Shown: positions 38,401 through 53,400, counted from the first letter of the stretch. The stretch is DNA of 64,000 nt from Squalus acanthias (GCA_030390025.1 CM059427.1:20088001-20152000); one strand, 5' to 3'. Notes: generated from the letters alone by a model not told the origin. Numbers and translations are program-made.

Positions 38401-41400
38401 TACAACAATATTTAGAGTCATGAGAATAACTGATTACATTAATGTGAAGTTGATGCAGTTATTAGAACTGTGACCAAAAGAAAGAATAACTCTGAAAGAA
38501 TTTTGGCATTGGTTCTTAATGCAGACAGGTGTAAAATTGCAAAATTGTTAATGCATGCAGTTAATATATTATTTTTTTAATTAAATAAAATGGAATTGGA
38601 TGAATATTTGTTAAATGAGAAATTAGAACAGTTGCATAGCCAGAATTTTCCAGAACTTGAGAAAGGCATTAACAAATACAGGAAACTTTCGTTTATCCGG
38701 CACCCAAATATCCGGAATTCTCGCTTAACCGGCAAAAAGCATCCTCCGAAAACTCCTCTCAAATAACCGGCAATGTTGCCGAGTCGCAGTCGAGTCTCCG
38801 CGAACGCCGAGTGCTCCGAAAAATCCTCTCAAATAACCGGCAATGTTGCCGATCCCGAGTCAGTAGGGGTACTTTTCAAAAGTGCCACTACTCGGCCTCC
38901 TGGCGCTGTCGCAAGTCCGAAACATTGCAGTCGCTTGAATAGATTCTCCCGTGCTGCTTGGAGTCTCTTTGTTAAAAATAGCCTCGGTAGATATAACTCT
39001 CTGTTATCCGGTACTTTCGATAAACCGGCACCACGCCGGTCCCGTCGATGCCGGATAAACGAAAGTTTCCTGTAGTATAGTTTTTACAAGCAGAGTTTGT
39101 GGAAATATGTCTATAGTTCTGTGATATATTGACTAGCTTGGCTCAAGGAAAGAAAATTAGGTGGGCCAAAATGGCCTTTTCTTGTTTCTTATATTCTTGT
39201 GTTCTAATATTCTTTTTTTGTCACAGAACCTGCAAATATTATAGAGAAAGCAGACTCTATTAGTGTAACTGCAGGCGAGCCAGCAACGCTGGACTGCAGT
39301 TTTACAGGAACACCAGAAATTAAAGCCAGGTGGTTTAAGAATGGCACAGAGTTGACGACTGGTAGAAAATATAAAATCAGTCTTACAAATAAGGTTACAA
39401 GTTTAAAGCTTCGGACTACCGAGAAGGAGGATAGTGGTGAATTTACTTGTGAGGTCGAGAATGATGTTGGTAGCAGCAGTTGCAAAGCTTCTATTACAGT
39501 ATTGGGTTGGTATTCTTACTCTTCTATTTCATTGCATTTACTGCAATATTTAAAAGAAACAGAAATTATTTTGAAAGAAATTATAGCCTTTGCTTTCCTA
39601 CTATGTGTTGGACAGATCGCATAGTTCCACCGTCATTTAAACGAAACTTAAAAAATATGGATGGCATCAAAACTTCTTTTATTAAGATGGAATGCAAGAT
39701 CTCCGGTTCTCTTCCAATGAGTGTGCTCTGGTATAAGGACGATGAAGAGATAACAGCTAATGAAAAATATAAATTTTCTTATCATGATAACATGGCGCAG
39801 TTGGAGATTCATCAACTAGAGATGACAGATGGTGGAACTTACACTTGCAGAGCAACAAATGCTGCCGGAACTGACCAGAGCAACGGTGTCTTGACTGTGA
39901 AAGGTTTGAAATGTTGTCACAAATCTCTTAATTGCTTACAAGAGTTAACTAGTTCAGCTAATATCTTCTTTTTAGTTACCACAAACATTACTTGTTATGC
40001 ATCTTAGTTTGCTACATTGACAAACATGCTGAAAATACCATACGTTATACTTACATATTTATTCTTGTACTCACTTATTTTGGCATACCTTTTGAAAGAA
40101 AAGTACTCTATCTATTTTCCTTTTATGTTCTTGCCATAACTGCAATTTTCCTCTGGAAATTTTAGAGCCTCCGTATTTTACTATGAAGCCTTTGTCCCAG
40201 GATGTTGTGCCTGGTTCCAAAGTACAGTTTAGAAGTGTTATAAGTGGGACACCTCCAATGACGATAAAATGGTTCAAGGACAATAAGGAATTGGCGTCTA
40301 GTAATTCATATTACATTTCAAAAGAAGGCTCAACAAGTTTGCTACAACTGCATTCAGCAAAAGTCTCTGATACGGGTGACTACACTTGTCAAGTCAACAA
40401 TGAAGTTGGCACAGAATCGTGTGCTGCAAATCTTTTTGTCAAAGGTGTGGATTTTCTTAACAATGTTTCTATATAACATTGTGCACAGTTTTATTTTACT
40501 ATGTTTCTTAAAAACATTGTAAATCTTTATCTGATAGCTCCATTTCTCTTATACATTTCTTTCTGTGTCTGTTGTTTATGTAGCCTGTCTTTATTTTTAT
40601 TTGTTACTTTCTATGATCAACCTGAATCTTCCTTTAGCATTAATACTAATTTCTGTGTCTTATTTTTCTCAGAGCAATGAAAATGTGTTTTTTTTTGTTT
40701 CCAATGGTTTTGGTTTTTATGTCATGATGTGACAGTAGGCTACAATGATTTTTGTATGGATTTTTAATTATGTATTTGGTTTAAATATATATTAGAACTG
40801 GGTTAGCCAAACTAAGGCAGGTGAGCCATGTGCAATCTTTGAGATCCAGGAAATTAGTTTCTGTTTGAATTCCACAGGTCTTAAGGTTTAGAAAAGGTTC
40901 TCATTGCTACTCCCTTATTGGTGGATAAATCCTAAATTTGAATACCACGATCTGTTAGCTTGCTAGTAGCTTGACATAGATCCAAAATTAATTTAAACCT
41001 TATATGTGGCTTGTATGTAACTGCCCCTCAAAGACAAAATATTGAGACTTCTGTTATTGAAGATTGTTTTTAGGAAAGATAGCAGTGCTTTTCAACTTTA
41101 TCTTTTAAACATGACAACAATGTGAATTTAGGTAGGGTAAATTGAACCATGTAAATTCCTTCCAGCAGTACATTCTCTTTACCACTCTGGTGTGTGTAAT
41201 GCAATTTGCAACAGCCTTCCTTGTTATATACAAGAAACTCTCCTTTAAACGGCACCTAAATATCCAGAATTCTCTATTAACCGGCAAAATTCATACTCCG
41301 AAAACACCTCAATCACTGGAAATGTTGCCGAGTCCGAGTCCAAGTCTCCCACGGTGGCCGAGTTAGTCACTGGGGGTAGTTCTCCAAACTGCCACTACTC

Positions 41401-44400
41401 GGCTTCTTGGCGCTGTTGGAAGTCCGAGCACCTCAATAACAGGAGTCTGACTCTTTGTTTGTTAAAAATAGCCTCGGTAGATAACCCTCTCCGTTATCCG
41501 GAATTTTTAATCAACCGGCACCATCCTGGTCCCGTAGGTGCCGGATACTAAAGAGTTTCCTGTACTTCTTACTGTTTCTCTGAGTTAGTGCAACATTTTT
41601 TGTGTCTAATAACAAGGGTTTTTAAATTCTTGCCCAGATATCCATTATCATTTTTAGAGAATCCAAATTCATATGTGGCAATTCATTCAGTTGTCTGTGA
41701 GAGTGCTGGTTTTTTCATTGCTACCTTTAACAACTCATAGGCGTATCACCTATTTTGAATCCTTTGTTAAGTTATGATAATTTTTCCAGACTTGCTCCAT
41801 GGTCCTCACAATGGTTGCTCTTAAGTTCATGTGGTCTGTCACAAATGGTCATGTTTGTTGTGTCGAATGTAATTTTGTAGACCACCCCTTAATCTCTCCA
41901 GCCCAAAAGAATTCATTGTGTTTTTCAGTCATGACCTTCATGTACGAGACATAAGAACATAAGACATAGGAGCAGGAGTAGGTCATTTGGCCCCTCGAGC
42001 CTGCTTCGCCATTCAATAAGATCATGGCTGATCTGATCTTGGCCTCAACTCCACTTCCCTGCCCGCTCCCCATAACTCTTGACTCCCTTACCATTCAAAA
42101 ATCTGTCTATCTCCACCTTAAATATATTCATTGACCCAGCCTCCACAGCTCTCTGGGGAAGAGAATTCCAAAAATTCACGACCCTCTGAGAGAAGAAATT
42201 CCTCCTTGTTTCCGTTTTAAATGGGTGCCCCCTTATTCTGAGATTATGCCCCCTAGTTCTTGATTCCCCCACGAGGGGAAACATCCTCTCTGCATCTACC
42301 CTGTCAAGAGTCAGTGAAATGGTCTTTCCTTAATCTTCTTCGTACCACTTTGGAAAAGTTTGTGCATTCTCTGACAATAGATGAATGAAATGCTCATCAT
42401 TTGTGCTGGTTAAATGACAATTTAGCTACTTGGGAAGTGTTAAAATAACATCATTGTAGGTGCCATGTGATCATTCAGTTTTCTTTTGCTCCCATAATAG
42501 GATCATATTATAAGAAATCATCTGCAGCAATATTGCATGCACTTATTTTTTGTCCACTGGCATCATTGGAAACAAAATAATGAATTATTTGGGAAATATA
42601 GCCCTAGCTATTTTTAAAGATTAAATTTGATGATGTAATACGTATTTTGGTTTTGAGAAAGTAGTAGGATAAAGCCATATTCTTCTTTGGTGCTATCTTC
42701 TACTGTGAGTACTTACCTCTGTAGTCAGGAATAAGCTGAGTGACAGTTGCGCCTGGTGGTGAGTCCCTGTGGAAAAGCCAGCAGTTACAGAAGAGAAGAT
42801 AAAAAATTGTGGGAGAAAGAGGAAAAAAAATCATAAGATGTGAAAAATAAATCACTGGAAATGAACTGTAATTTCTGGGTCCACTTATATAGATAAGTAT
42901 ATAGACTCTGAAATTCTGCAGGGGTTCCATCTGTCACCTATTGAACATATGGCTGGAGAAATGCAGAACCCCCAGGAAAATGGCGTAAATAGTTGAAAAT
43001 GACCATTTGCACCATTTCCCTGAGGTCCCACTAGTCTCCTGCTGGAATCACCATGGGGGACTGGTAGAACCCTCATGGAATCTTAGAGCCATAATAACGA
43101 ATTAATGTTCCATGGCATTACACATGGGGAGTCAAGTATTGTCTTCAGCTGAAGCTGGGTTAGAGGAATAATTGGACCAGAGTGTACTGATGTAATTCAA
43201 TCACATTTTAAAGTCATACATTCTGCTCTTATTTTTATATTTGCTAAATTGTCATTTTTATATTATAGAAGTTACTATATCCACATTTATAATGGAAATT
43301 GCCTACGTAAACTTGTCACTTTGCAATTACACCCTCTCGCCATTGGTGTTGTAATACACCCTTAATTGGCAGGAGAGTGTAATTAGAGTGTGACAAGGTT
43401 ATAAAGACAGTGTCCATTATAAATGTGGACATTTTGGCCCTGAATTTCCAACCGGAGGCTTCCTGCGGGCGGATGCCTCCGATCGGAAGAAAATCTACAA
43501 ACTTACCTGCTGGTTCCGTAGATCCCGAGGCTTGCAATCCTGGGCCTTTCCTCTTCGAAATGCATAGAGGCCCTGGGATCACGTGGGCCAGGCGAACCAA
43601 TGAAAGAAGGGAATCCCCCTTCATACTTTTAACAGTTCCGTACGGACAGAACTGTCAAAAGTATGGATGGGGATCACATTTAAAAACACACTAAAACATT
43701 AAATAATTTTTTAAATTACATAATTAAAATGAATTAAAATGCCATTTAATTAAATATTTTAAACAAAAATTTAATTTTTTGATTTTTTTTTAATGTTTTT
43801 ACAGGGCTAAAAATAAATTTACCTTTTTGAAGAGTATTTTTAATTTATAAATTAGTTATCAAATTTCATTTTTCTATTTTTTTAAACTCTTAAGCGTAAG
43901 AATTTGACAGGCTTTAAGCGGGCGGAAGTTGTGCAAAAAGCGCAACTCTCCACCCGCAGAGACACTTTTCTTGGGCATGCAGATGATCTGTCAAGAGAAT
44001 TCTTGACAGATCGCAAGTGCCGGGTTTCAGCGCATGCGCTTCACATGCCTGAAACCAGCACTTGCGCGGCCCCTATGGGCACGTATGCACCTCGTACGCA
44101 CCCGTGGGGGTCGGAAAATCCGGCCCATAAATTTATAATGTAAAAAGTTGACAGGAAGTGCATGCAGACATAAGATTGTTAAAATGTTACTAGTTATTCT
44201 CCCGTGGTGTTGCACACAGGGAGTCAAGATCAAATGTAGTCTTATGTAGTCTTGTGTAGTCAGGTGAAGTGTGTTTAGAGGCTGATGGAGTTATAATTGG
44301 ATTAAAGTGCACATTCATAATTTAGTCCCCATTTTAAAGTAATAAATGCTGTCCTTATTTTTATGTTTTCGCTATAAGTTCCTGGGTCCGCATTTATAAT

Positions 44401-47400
44401 GGAAACTTCCTATGTATTCTGTAATTACACCACCTTCTCTCTTTTTCATATCCCATTTCTCTCTCTTTCACTCAACCGCCTCTCTCTTAAACTTCTCCCT
44501 CTCTAACCTCTTCCATCTCAACCCATTTTCTCTCTTTCAATCCATCCCTCTCTGAACACCCTTCTCTCAATCGTTCTTTTCTCAAACCCTTCTCTCTCTC
44601 TTATACCTCTCTTAACCCAGCTTTCTCTGAACCCTAGTCTCTCTTAATACCCTTCTCTTTCTCTCTCTCACCCCCAAATTTGCGAGGTCAGTGGGAGGGC
44701 AACTTAATCTGCATGTGGCAGGCACGCACAACCACCAATCCGAGTGCATCTCTGGACCATGCCCTGCCCATGCCTCATGCAGCCGTGTCCCCTTTGGTGA
44801 GGTCCACTTCCACCCACCTGGATGCTGGTATACCTCACCTCATTGGCATAGTGGCCACCAGTACTACCCTGGGGCTAGAATGAGCTAGGAAAACAGGAAC
44901 TCCTGGCTCCACCCCCTGACAACATTTGTCTTATAAGAGTCTGGAAAATCCCAGAAATGGCAGAGGCTTGGTGCATCTGGATTTACAATGGAACCCCAAC
45001 AGATTTTTGGGGACAACTTTCTTTTTAGAAAAAAAGCATTCAATATTAATTTGATCTCAATTAAGCTTTTGAAATTTGCCCTCTTGTTATTCAAAATTAT
45101 TTGAAGGAAAGCTACTAAAAGTTGAAAAGCTGAAGAGAAATATCACATCAGTAGAGTTTAGTTAGATACACTCCATATGCTCAAACTGCATAATCCAAAT
45201 TCTGCTCAGAGTCACAGGTCTAGGCACAATTATCAATTCTAAGCCCAGGTTTTTGGGAGAGGCTGAGGCATTCAAGTGAAAACTATAATGAAGGCATTAA
45301 AAGATGCAAAAGACAATTCAGTGGCTAAATTCAACCATGTTATTGTGAAATATCTAATTTTTTATTTTTTTAAAGTTTTTGTAAACCCTAATTTTGGACA
45401 TTAGAAATTTTAGTTGCTGAAGAAAGAAGTGACTGCTGAAAAAAATTCAGAATACATTTTGAGAGAAGTGTGGGAATGCAGTGGCCAGATTACGTAATCA
45501 TTGACTAGTTTATATAGGCAAAACCCATTAGAAATGTAGATATCACAATATAATGGAAAAAGTTGACACAAAATGTGTGGGAAATACATGACAACTAGAA
45601 GTCAAGTGTTGCAGATAGGAAGTGTGCACACAGTTAAGTTTTTAATATATATTATGGATAGATATATGTCTGTAAATAGGTGATAAGGCAGTTATACTGA
45701 TCAAGCAGATAATGTGTGAAATGTAACCTCAATTAGACTCAATTTATTTTTGAACAAGATATTTTTGACGTAAACATTTTTGGAGCTAGATTTTGCTCTA
45801 TTTATGAAAAAAGACGCTCACATATTTGAATGAACATGAATTTCCTGATATTGTTCCAAGATGTCAATAGTATGATAGTTGTTAGTTATGTGATGAGTTG
45901 TCAAAGTGTAATTTTTCAGGGGACTTACAGAAGTATTTAATTAAGCTGTTTAAAAATAAGGTCAATTGGAAATCAATAACAGATAATGTGTTTTCTCCAT
46001 AATATATTTGTGATGACTTAGAGGTCATACTAGTTATCACTAGTTTTTTTTACCTTCAGTTGAGTGCACATAAAATCTTTTGGGTTTTTTCTCATTCAAT
46101 TCGGTACATTTTGATTTTATAGAGCCTCCAAACTTCATTAAGAAGCCAGATCATACAATATTATTGAAAAAAGGAAGTTCAACATGTCTTGAGTGTACAG
46201 TAACTGGCACACCTGAGATCAAAATTACCTGGTACAAGAAAGAAAGTGAAGTTCAGCCAAGTGACAAATTCAGGATGTCGTTTGTTGATTCTATATCAGT
46301 CCTTGAATTAATTGATGCCAGTGTGGAAGACAGTGGACATTACACTTGTAAAGCAGAGAATGAAGCTGGTTTTGACAATTGCAATGTTACAATTACAGTT
46401 AAAGGTGTGTAGCCAAAAAATGTAATAATGGAACCAATTTTGACAATTTGCTTTTTAAATGTTTTCCAGTTTGGTCAGTTTCTAAATTCTTTTGCTTTAC
46501 TTGCTTTTTTTTTAGAACCTCCTTCTTTTAGAAAGAAACTCAAACCTGTTGAGGTAATAAAAGGCAGTGATATCACTCTTGAATGTGAAATGGACGGTAC
46601 AAGCCCATTTGATGTCACTTGGTATAAGGACAATAAGCAGATTCGATCTAGTATAAAATACAAGATGATCTCTGGAAAATCTTTAGTTAGTCTTTTTATT
46701 CAAAAAGTCGATAATTCAGATGCTGGTGAATACCAATGCGAAGTAACAAATGATGTGGGAAGTTGTTCTTGCATTGCTGGAGTCAGATTAAAAGGTCAGT
46801 TATCAAATGCTGATCATTTTCTTCTTTGATATTTTCAATAATCCCATTTCGCAGTTCATTCTTACTTGGTTTTATTACTTTAGCATGAAGTGTCTGATCT
46901 TATATCTTGTATCTAATTCACACAACTCTTAACTCTTAACTTCAAATCAGAACCCCCTTCCTTTGTGAAAAAGATTGAAAACATTACAACATTATCTGGA
47001 GATCCAGCCACTTTTGACAGTCAAATAGAAGGCTCAGCTCCCATATGTGTTACATGGATGAAGGACAAAGATGAAATCAGAGAAGATGACCACATTAAAA
47101 TATCTTTTGAGAACAGTATTGCTGTACTGCAAATTGCTTCTGTTGAAGCAAATCACAGTGGAAAGTACACATGTCAGGCCAGGAATGATGCAGGAACTGA
47201 GAAGTGTTTTGCCACCTTGTTAGTAACAGGTTAGTATGAGACACTTGACATTTGTGAGTTTCAGTAAAGTGTCAAGTATGCAAACAATATTTCTTACTTC
47301 ATCGATTGAAGAAGTATGGTTTTTCTTGCAGAACCTGCACAAATCATTGAGAAGCCAGAGCCATTAAGTGTTACTTCAGGAGCCGCAGCAATTTTGGAAT

Positions 47401-50400
47401 GTTTTGTTGCTGGTACTCCAGAACTGAAAGTTAGATGGTTCAAGAATGAAGCTGAATTGACATCCAGCAGGAAATATAGAATGACTTTTCTCAATAAGGT
47501 GGCAATCCTAAAGGTTCTATCTGCTGGTAAAGATGATAGTGGGGAATATGCTTTTGAAGTCCAGAATGAATTTGGACACAGCAGCTGCACAACTTCATTG
47601 ACAGTACTAGGTTGGTGTTTTTTTAATGTGTTGAAACCTTTGATAGCACATCTCAAAAAAGAAGCTGAAAGGGAAGGGCCCCGTATAATTTTAACATACT
47701 TAGAATGAGAAAATTATATTTTAAATGTTCGGAAATCATATTTGTGTTTTCATGTCATCCTATTGTCTTCTAAATGTGTGCAATTGGTTATAGACAACTT
47801 CTTAGTAACAACTTCAGTTCCTTCTTGGTTGTGTAATAATTGTCTTCATGCCTTGAGCAGCTAGTGGAATATTACAGGGCCTTTAAGAAAAACATGCCAA
47901 AATTTTACGGGTGGATTTTAACTATTGGGTGGCCACTTGGTGGAGTGGGTGGGCCAGCCACCCAATTCTGCAGGCAGGAGGCCCAGTCCATGGTCCATTT
48001 TAAGTGCCAGGCCTCATTATCATGCCACCAGCGTGCTGCATTCCCCAAACAGGGGTCGTTCTGCAGCTTGCTGGCTTAGAGATAGCGCAATATTGGGTGG
48101 CCTGTCGGCTGACCCAACTGGCAGAAGGGTAGGTCCAGAGGAGAGGTTATAATTGCAGAGGTGGGGAACCCAGGGTGGCAGCATCCCACATTATTCTCGT
48201 GGAGCCCGGAGGAGCACCCCTGAGGCTCCTGGCCCTACAAAAATAATTTTTGCTCTTAGCTCTTTAGGCTTCATCTGCTGTACCACCAGGTGTTCCGGAG
48301 CAGAGCATGCACACCGCACCTCGTGCGTAGTAGCCCATAAAATTGCATCAGTGTCCTAAGTACATCATAAGGCCACAATTTGCATAATAAGGCACCTGCT
48401 TATTTCCGATGTGCACATCAGCCGCCCTGCAGAAGTTCATGGGAAAAATGGTAGTGGAGTGGGAACGGGGCGGGAAGTCCACCAACTTCATTTTAACTCC
48501 ATTACCACCCTGTTTCCGCTGGGCAGAGTGAGCTAAAATCTCTCCTTTGATATGTTAGCTGACAAGCTATCTTTGTTGTTCTGTGTTGGACAGATCGAGT
48601 AATTGCTCCATCCTTTACAAGAAGTTTAAAGAAAATGGATAACATATTGGGGACTTTGATGCACATGGAGTGCAAAGTATCTGGTTCTCTTCCAATCAGC
48701 ATTTCTTGGTATAAAGATAACAAAGAGATAATGACTAGTCACAAATACAAAATATCATTTGAAGAAAATACAGCATTTTTGGAGATTAAAGAACTTGAAA
48801 TCACAGATGGTGGAAATTACTCTTGCAAAGCAACAAATGCTGCTGGAATTAGTGAATGCAGTGGATTCTTAACAGTAAAAGGTTTGAAGATCACTTTACT
48901 CCAATCCACTTCTATTTTAAGACGCATCAAATGCTGATTTTCCAGTTGTAATATTTTCTGTTTCTTCTTTTCTGCAACAATAGAATATCTAGATAAATTG
49001 TACGTATTTCCACTTCCTAAAATATTTAAATTTGTTGTGATCAGTAGTAAAATGCTACAGTAATGTAACTATTTTCAGAAGTTTTATTTTTATTTTTACT
49101 TTATCTGACCTTACTAAACAACATTTTCTTAAATGACTTTTAGAACCACCAAACTTTATAGAAAAACCAATGTCCCAAGAGATTGTACTTGGATCTACAG
49201 TACAGTTTAAGAGTGTTGTGAAAGGAACTCTTCCACTGTTTGTCAAGTGGTTCAAAGATAATAGGGAACTGAATGCTGGTGCAAGACGTTCCATTTGGAA
49301 TGAAGAAACAACGCACTTCTTTGAGCTAATTTCAACTAAAGTTTCTGATGCTGGCGTTTACAGCTGCCAACTCAGCAATGAAGCTGGTTCAGTTACTAGT
49401 ACTGCAGAAGTATTCATCAAAGGTTTGCATTTCTTGTCAATCTTATTAGAAATTAAGTTTTGTGTAACATTTTTAACAGTGTGATATTTCTTCCTTAGTT
49501 TTCTTCAAACCAAAGATCAGTAACTTTTATCTGAGGGTGACTTTTAGTCTCTTGTCTACTAATCTATTGTTCATGTTTCCTAACTTTACTTTGTAATTCC
49601 AGTATTCAGGTTTATTGCATTTAATTTTCTCAGAACCTCCAAGTTTTGTTAAGAAGCCGTCTCCTTCAGCAGCACTGAAACAGGGAGAATTTGCACGTTT
49701 TGAGTGCAAAATAACTGGTACACCTGAAATCACAGTTACATGGTACAGAAATAACCATGATATTAGTACCAGTGACAAATGCAGGATATCGTTTCAAAAC
49801 TCATTGGCTGTTCTTGAGATTGCTGATGTAAGTGTGGAAGATAGTGGGGATTATTCCTGTGAAGCACAGAATGAAGCTGGTAGTAATAGCTGCAACTTTG
49901 TCATTCAGGTTAAAGGTGGGTAAAATAATATCTTAAAGACAGATTTCGCTTTTGGCATTTGATTGATTCCTAAGCCACATTGTTGTGTTTACTCTTTAGA
50001 ACCTCCCACATTTACAAAGAAACTTGAACCTGTTGAGGTAGTAAAAACCAGTGATTTCACTTTTGAATGTGAGGTGGTCGGTTCAGCTCCCTTTGAAGTT
50101 ATGTGGTATAAGGACAATAAACAAATTCGACGCAGCAAAAAATACAAAATGATCTTTGAGAATTCTTTAGCCAGTCTTTGCGTTCTAAAGTCTGATAGCT
50201 CAGAAGTTGGCGAATACAAGTGTACAGTAAAAAATGACGTGGGGAGTTGTTCCTGCAGTTCTACAGTCAGTTTGAAAGGTCAGTAGTAGTATGTTGCGAG
50301 ACCATATTTTTCTTCTGCCATTTATCGTGCCACTTTAGTTATCTTGTTATCCATTAGAGAATGCAGTGCTCAGCTATTTGTGGAAGCATTCTACTGTTTA

Positions 50401-53400
50401 AATTAAAGAATTTTAAAACCATACTAAAAAAACATTTGTTTTAAACTAGAACCCCCAGGATTTATAAAGAAGATTGAAAATATAACAACATTGTCAGGGA
50501 ATTCTATTGTATTCCAATGTCAAGTAAGAGGCTCAAAGCCTATTTATGTAACTTGGATGAAAGATAAAGATGATATCCAAGAAGATGGTAATATTACATT
50601 GTCTTTTGAGAATAATATTGCTACTCTTCAAATAAATGATGTTGGAGAAAATCATGCTGGGAAATATACGTGCCAGGTCAAGAATGATGCTGGAACTGAG
50701 AAGTGTTTTGGCACATTGTTGGTCGCAGGTCAGTAGGATATTGATTAGTTTAATAGTACCCTCCCCTCCAAAGTTTATGCTAATTACGAGTGAATTCAGA
50801 TTCCTTGTCATACATCAACTAAAATGAGAGTTATACCAGTAATATATTGAAGAGATTTTTTTTTCCTCGTAGAACCAGCAAAAATCACAGAACAAGCACA
50901 GTCACTCAGTGTGACCGCAGGAAATCCCGCAAACCTGGAATGTACTGTAACTGGTACACCAGAACTGAAAGTTAAATGTTTTAAGGATGGTAATGAAATG
51001 GTACCTAGCAGAAAACACAAAATCAACTTTGAGAATAATGTGTTCAGCCTAAAGATTCCTTCTGTTTCTAATGATGATACTGCTGAATATACTTTTGAGG
51101 TCAAGAATCAGTTTGGAACCAGCAGCTGTAAAGCTTCATTGACAGTATTAGGTTAGTGTTTTATTTGCATTTAGAATTTGACGAATTTAAATATCTAGTG
51201 TCATTTGCAAATTTTGTTTGCCCGTAAAGAAATCCTGATCACATTGACCAAAACCATATATAAAGGCTTTTATTGTTATAATGTTCTTTATGGAGACCAG
51301 TAACGATGGGAGTAGACAGATCAGCTGTGTTGGGAGTTTTAAAATAAGTTTTGTTTTGGATGGTCTCAGTAGGTATATCCTAATAAATATGAAAAATCTT
51401 ATTGTAAACAATCACAGTGGATTTGATTCATTTAAAGCACTTCCACATTTTTGCTGTTTGAGTTGATTGGCTGTGCTTTTGTCACTTTATCTTGGACAGA
51501 TCAACTAATTCCCCCATTGTTTACAAGAAAATTACGAAAAATGGACAGTGTTTTAGGATCTTTCATACATATGGAATGCAAAGTTTCTGGTTCTCTTCCA
51601 ATGAGCTTTTCATGGTATAAAGATTACAAAATAATAACAACTAGTGAAAAATACAAAGTGTTATGTCAAGATAACACACCAACTTTGGAAGTTAATCAAC
51701 TAGAGATTTCAGATCATGGAACTTATATTTGCAAAGCAACCAATTCAGTGGGAAGTGATGAATGCAGTGGTATCTTAAATATAACAGGTTTGAAAGATGA
51801 ACTTGCTTTGTTTCAGTTCCTAATATAGCTTTTGCATATATAAGCACTTGTTCAATTTCTGATTTTTGCTTGTTGCCCTAAAAAGATAAATATATTTAGT
51901 GTTTAAAATTTATTATGCAGTTTATAGTAAGTTCTCATTTTAGCTCTGCTCTGCCATTTTATTTTTGTTGACATCTTACCCAATGTAAACTAAGTACTAT
52001 AGGGATCCAATTCTATTATTTTTTTTCACCTGAATTTTAGAGCCACCAAGTTTTATAGAAAAACCTGTAGCCCAGGAAAGTCTACCTGGTTCCGCAGTGC
52101 AGTTTAGAAGTGTTGTGAAAGGAACTGCTCCACTATCTATAAAATGGCTGAAGGATGGCAGGGAACTGATGTCTGGAGCTGATTGTTTCATTTTAAATGA
52201 AGGTTCAACAAGTTTACTCGAGTTGTTTTCAGCTAAAGTTTCTGATTTGGGTGACTATACTTGTGAAGTCAGCAACAAGGTTGGAAGCGCCACTTGTACA
52301 ACAAGACTATTTATCAAAGGTGTGGAATTTAGGTTCACTTGTTAAACCATTGTGAAACACTGTTAAAAATTCAGACTTTTTCATTTTGAAAAGTTTACAT
52401 GTCTGTAAAGTTATTTTTCTTTGGTTTGTTATACACTTTTCTCTCGTTTGTTATTTTTAATGTTGCTATCGTGCTGTGTGTTATCTTCCTTTATATGTTG
52501 CATGTGTTTCATTGTTCCTTTTTATGTTGTATGGGTTTGTTTCAGACTTTTACATTTATAATTAAGTTTACTACATTTTTTTCTCTAGAACCTCCTTATT
52601 TTATTAAGAAGTTAGATCTTACAGCAATATTTAAAAAAGGAGAGACAGCAAGTTTTGAGTGCAAAGTAACTGGCACACCTGAAATCAAAATCACTTGGTT
52701 CAGCAACTATCGTGAAATTAGAGCCAGTGAAAAATACAGAATGTCATTTGTTGATTCAGTGGCAATATTTGAGATTGCTGACATAAACCTGGATGACAGT
52801 GGGAATTATTCCTGTAAAGCACAAAATGAAGCTGGCAGTGAATCTTGTGACATTAAAGTAACAGTTAAAGGTGTGTAAAAATTCCTAGTTACATTTTACA
52901 ACATAAGTTAACTGGTCTTTCTAAAAATGTTGCAAGTGCCTTGTGTTTAATTATGGACTATTTGGGAGCCTATTTTAAGTTTAACATCACTTTAACAGCC
53001 TGTTTTTACAGCTAGTTTTTCATTGGCCAATAAAAATTATCATTCAATTGCCACTAATTCCTTAGTTCAAACTGATGAATGAAATGTAATGTAAACATTT
53101 TACTAGAACATTTTAAATTCGACTCCAAAGGACCGATTTTAATTACCAGTGGGAAGCTGGCAGATGCAGACCGTGCAGGTGTCTTCATCGGAGGCTCCGG
53201 CAGATTTGAACTGCTAGGCCTCATTTGAATGCCAGCGTTCAGCTGCTCACCCGTTTTGAGTAGAATGTGGCAGCTGGCTAGTGGGGGAAGGTGAATATAT
53301 CTGCCCTGTAGCACTAGGAAATGGCAGAAAGTGGCAACAAGGTAAGTCTGGGAGTGAGACTTTCCAAGGGTCTCACTGCTGCTTAGGGGAGAAGCCCAGG

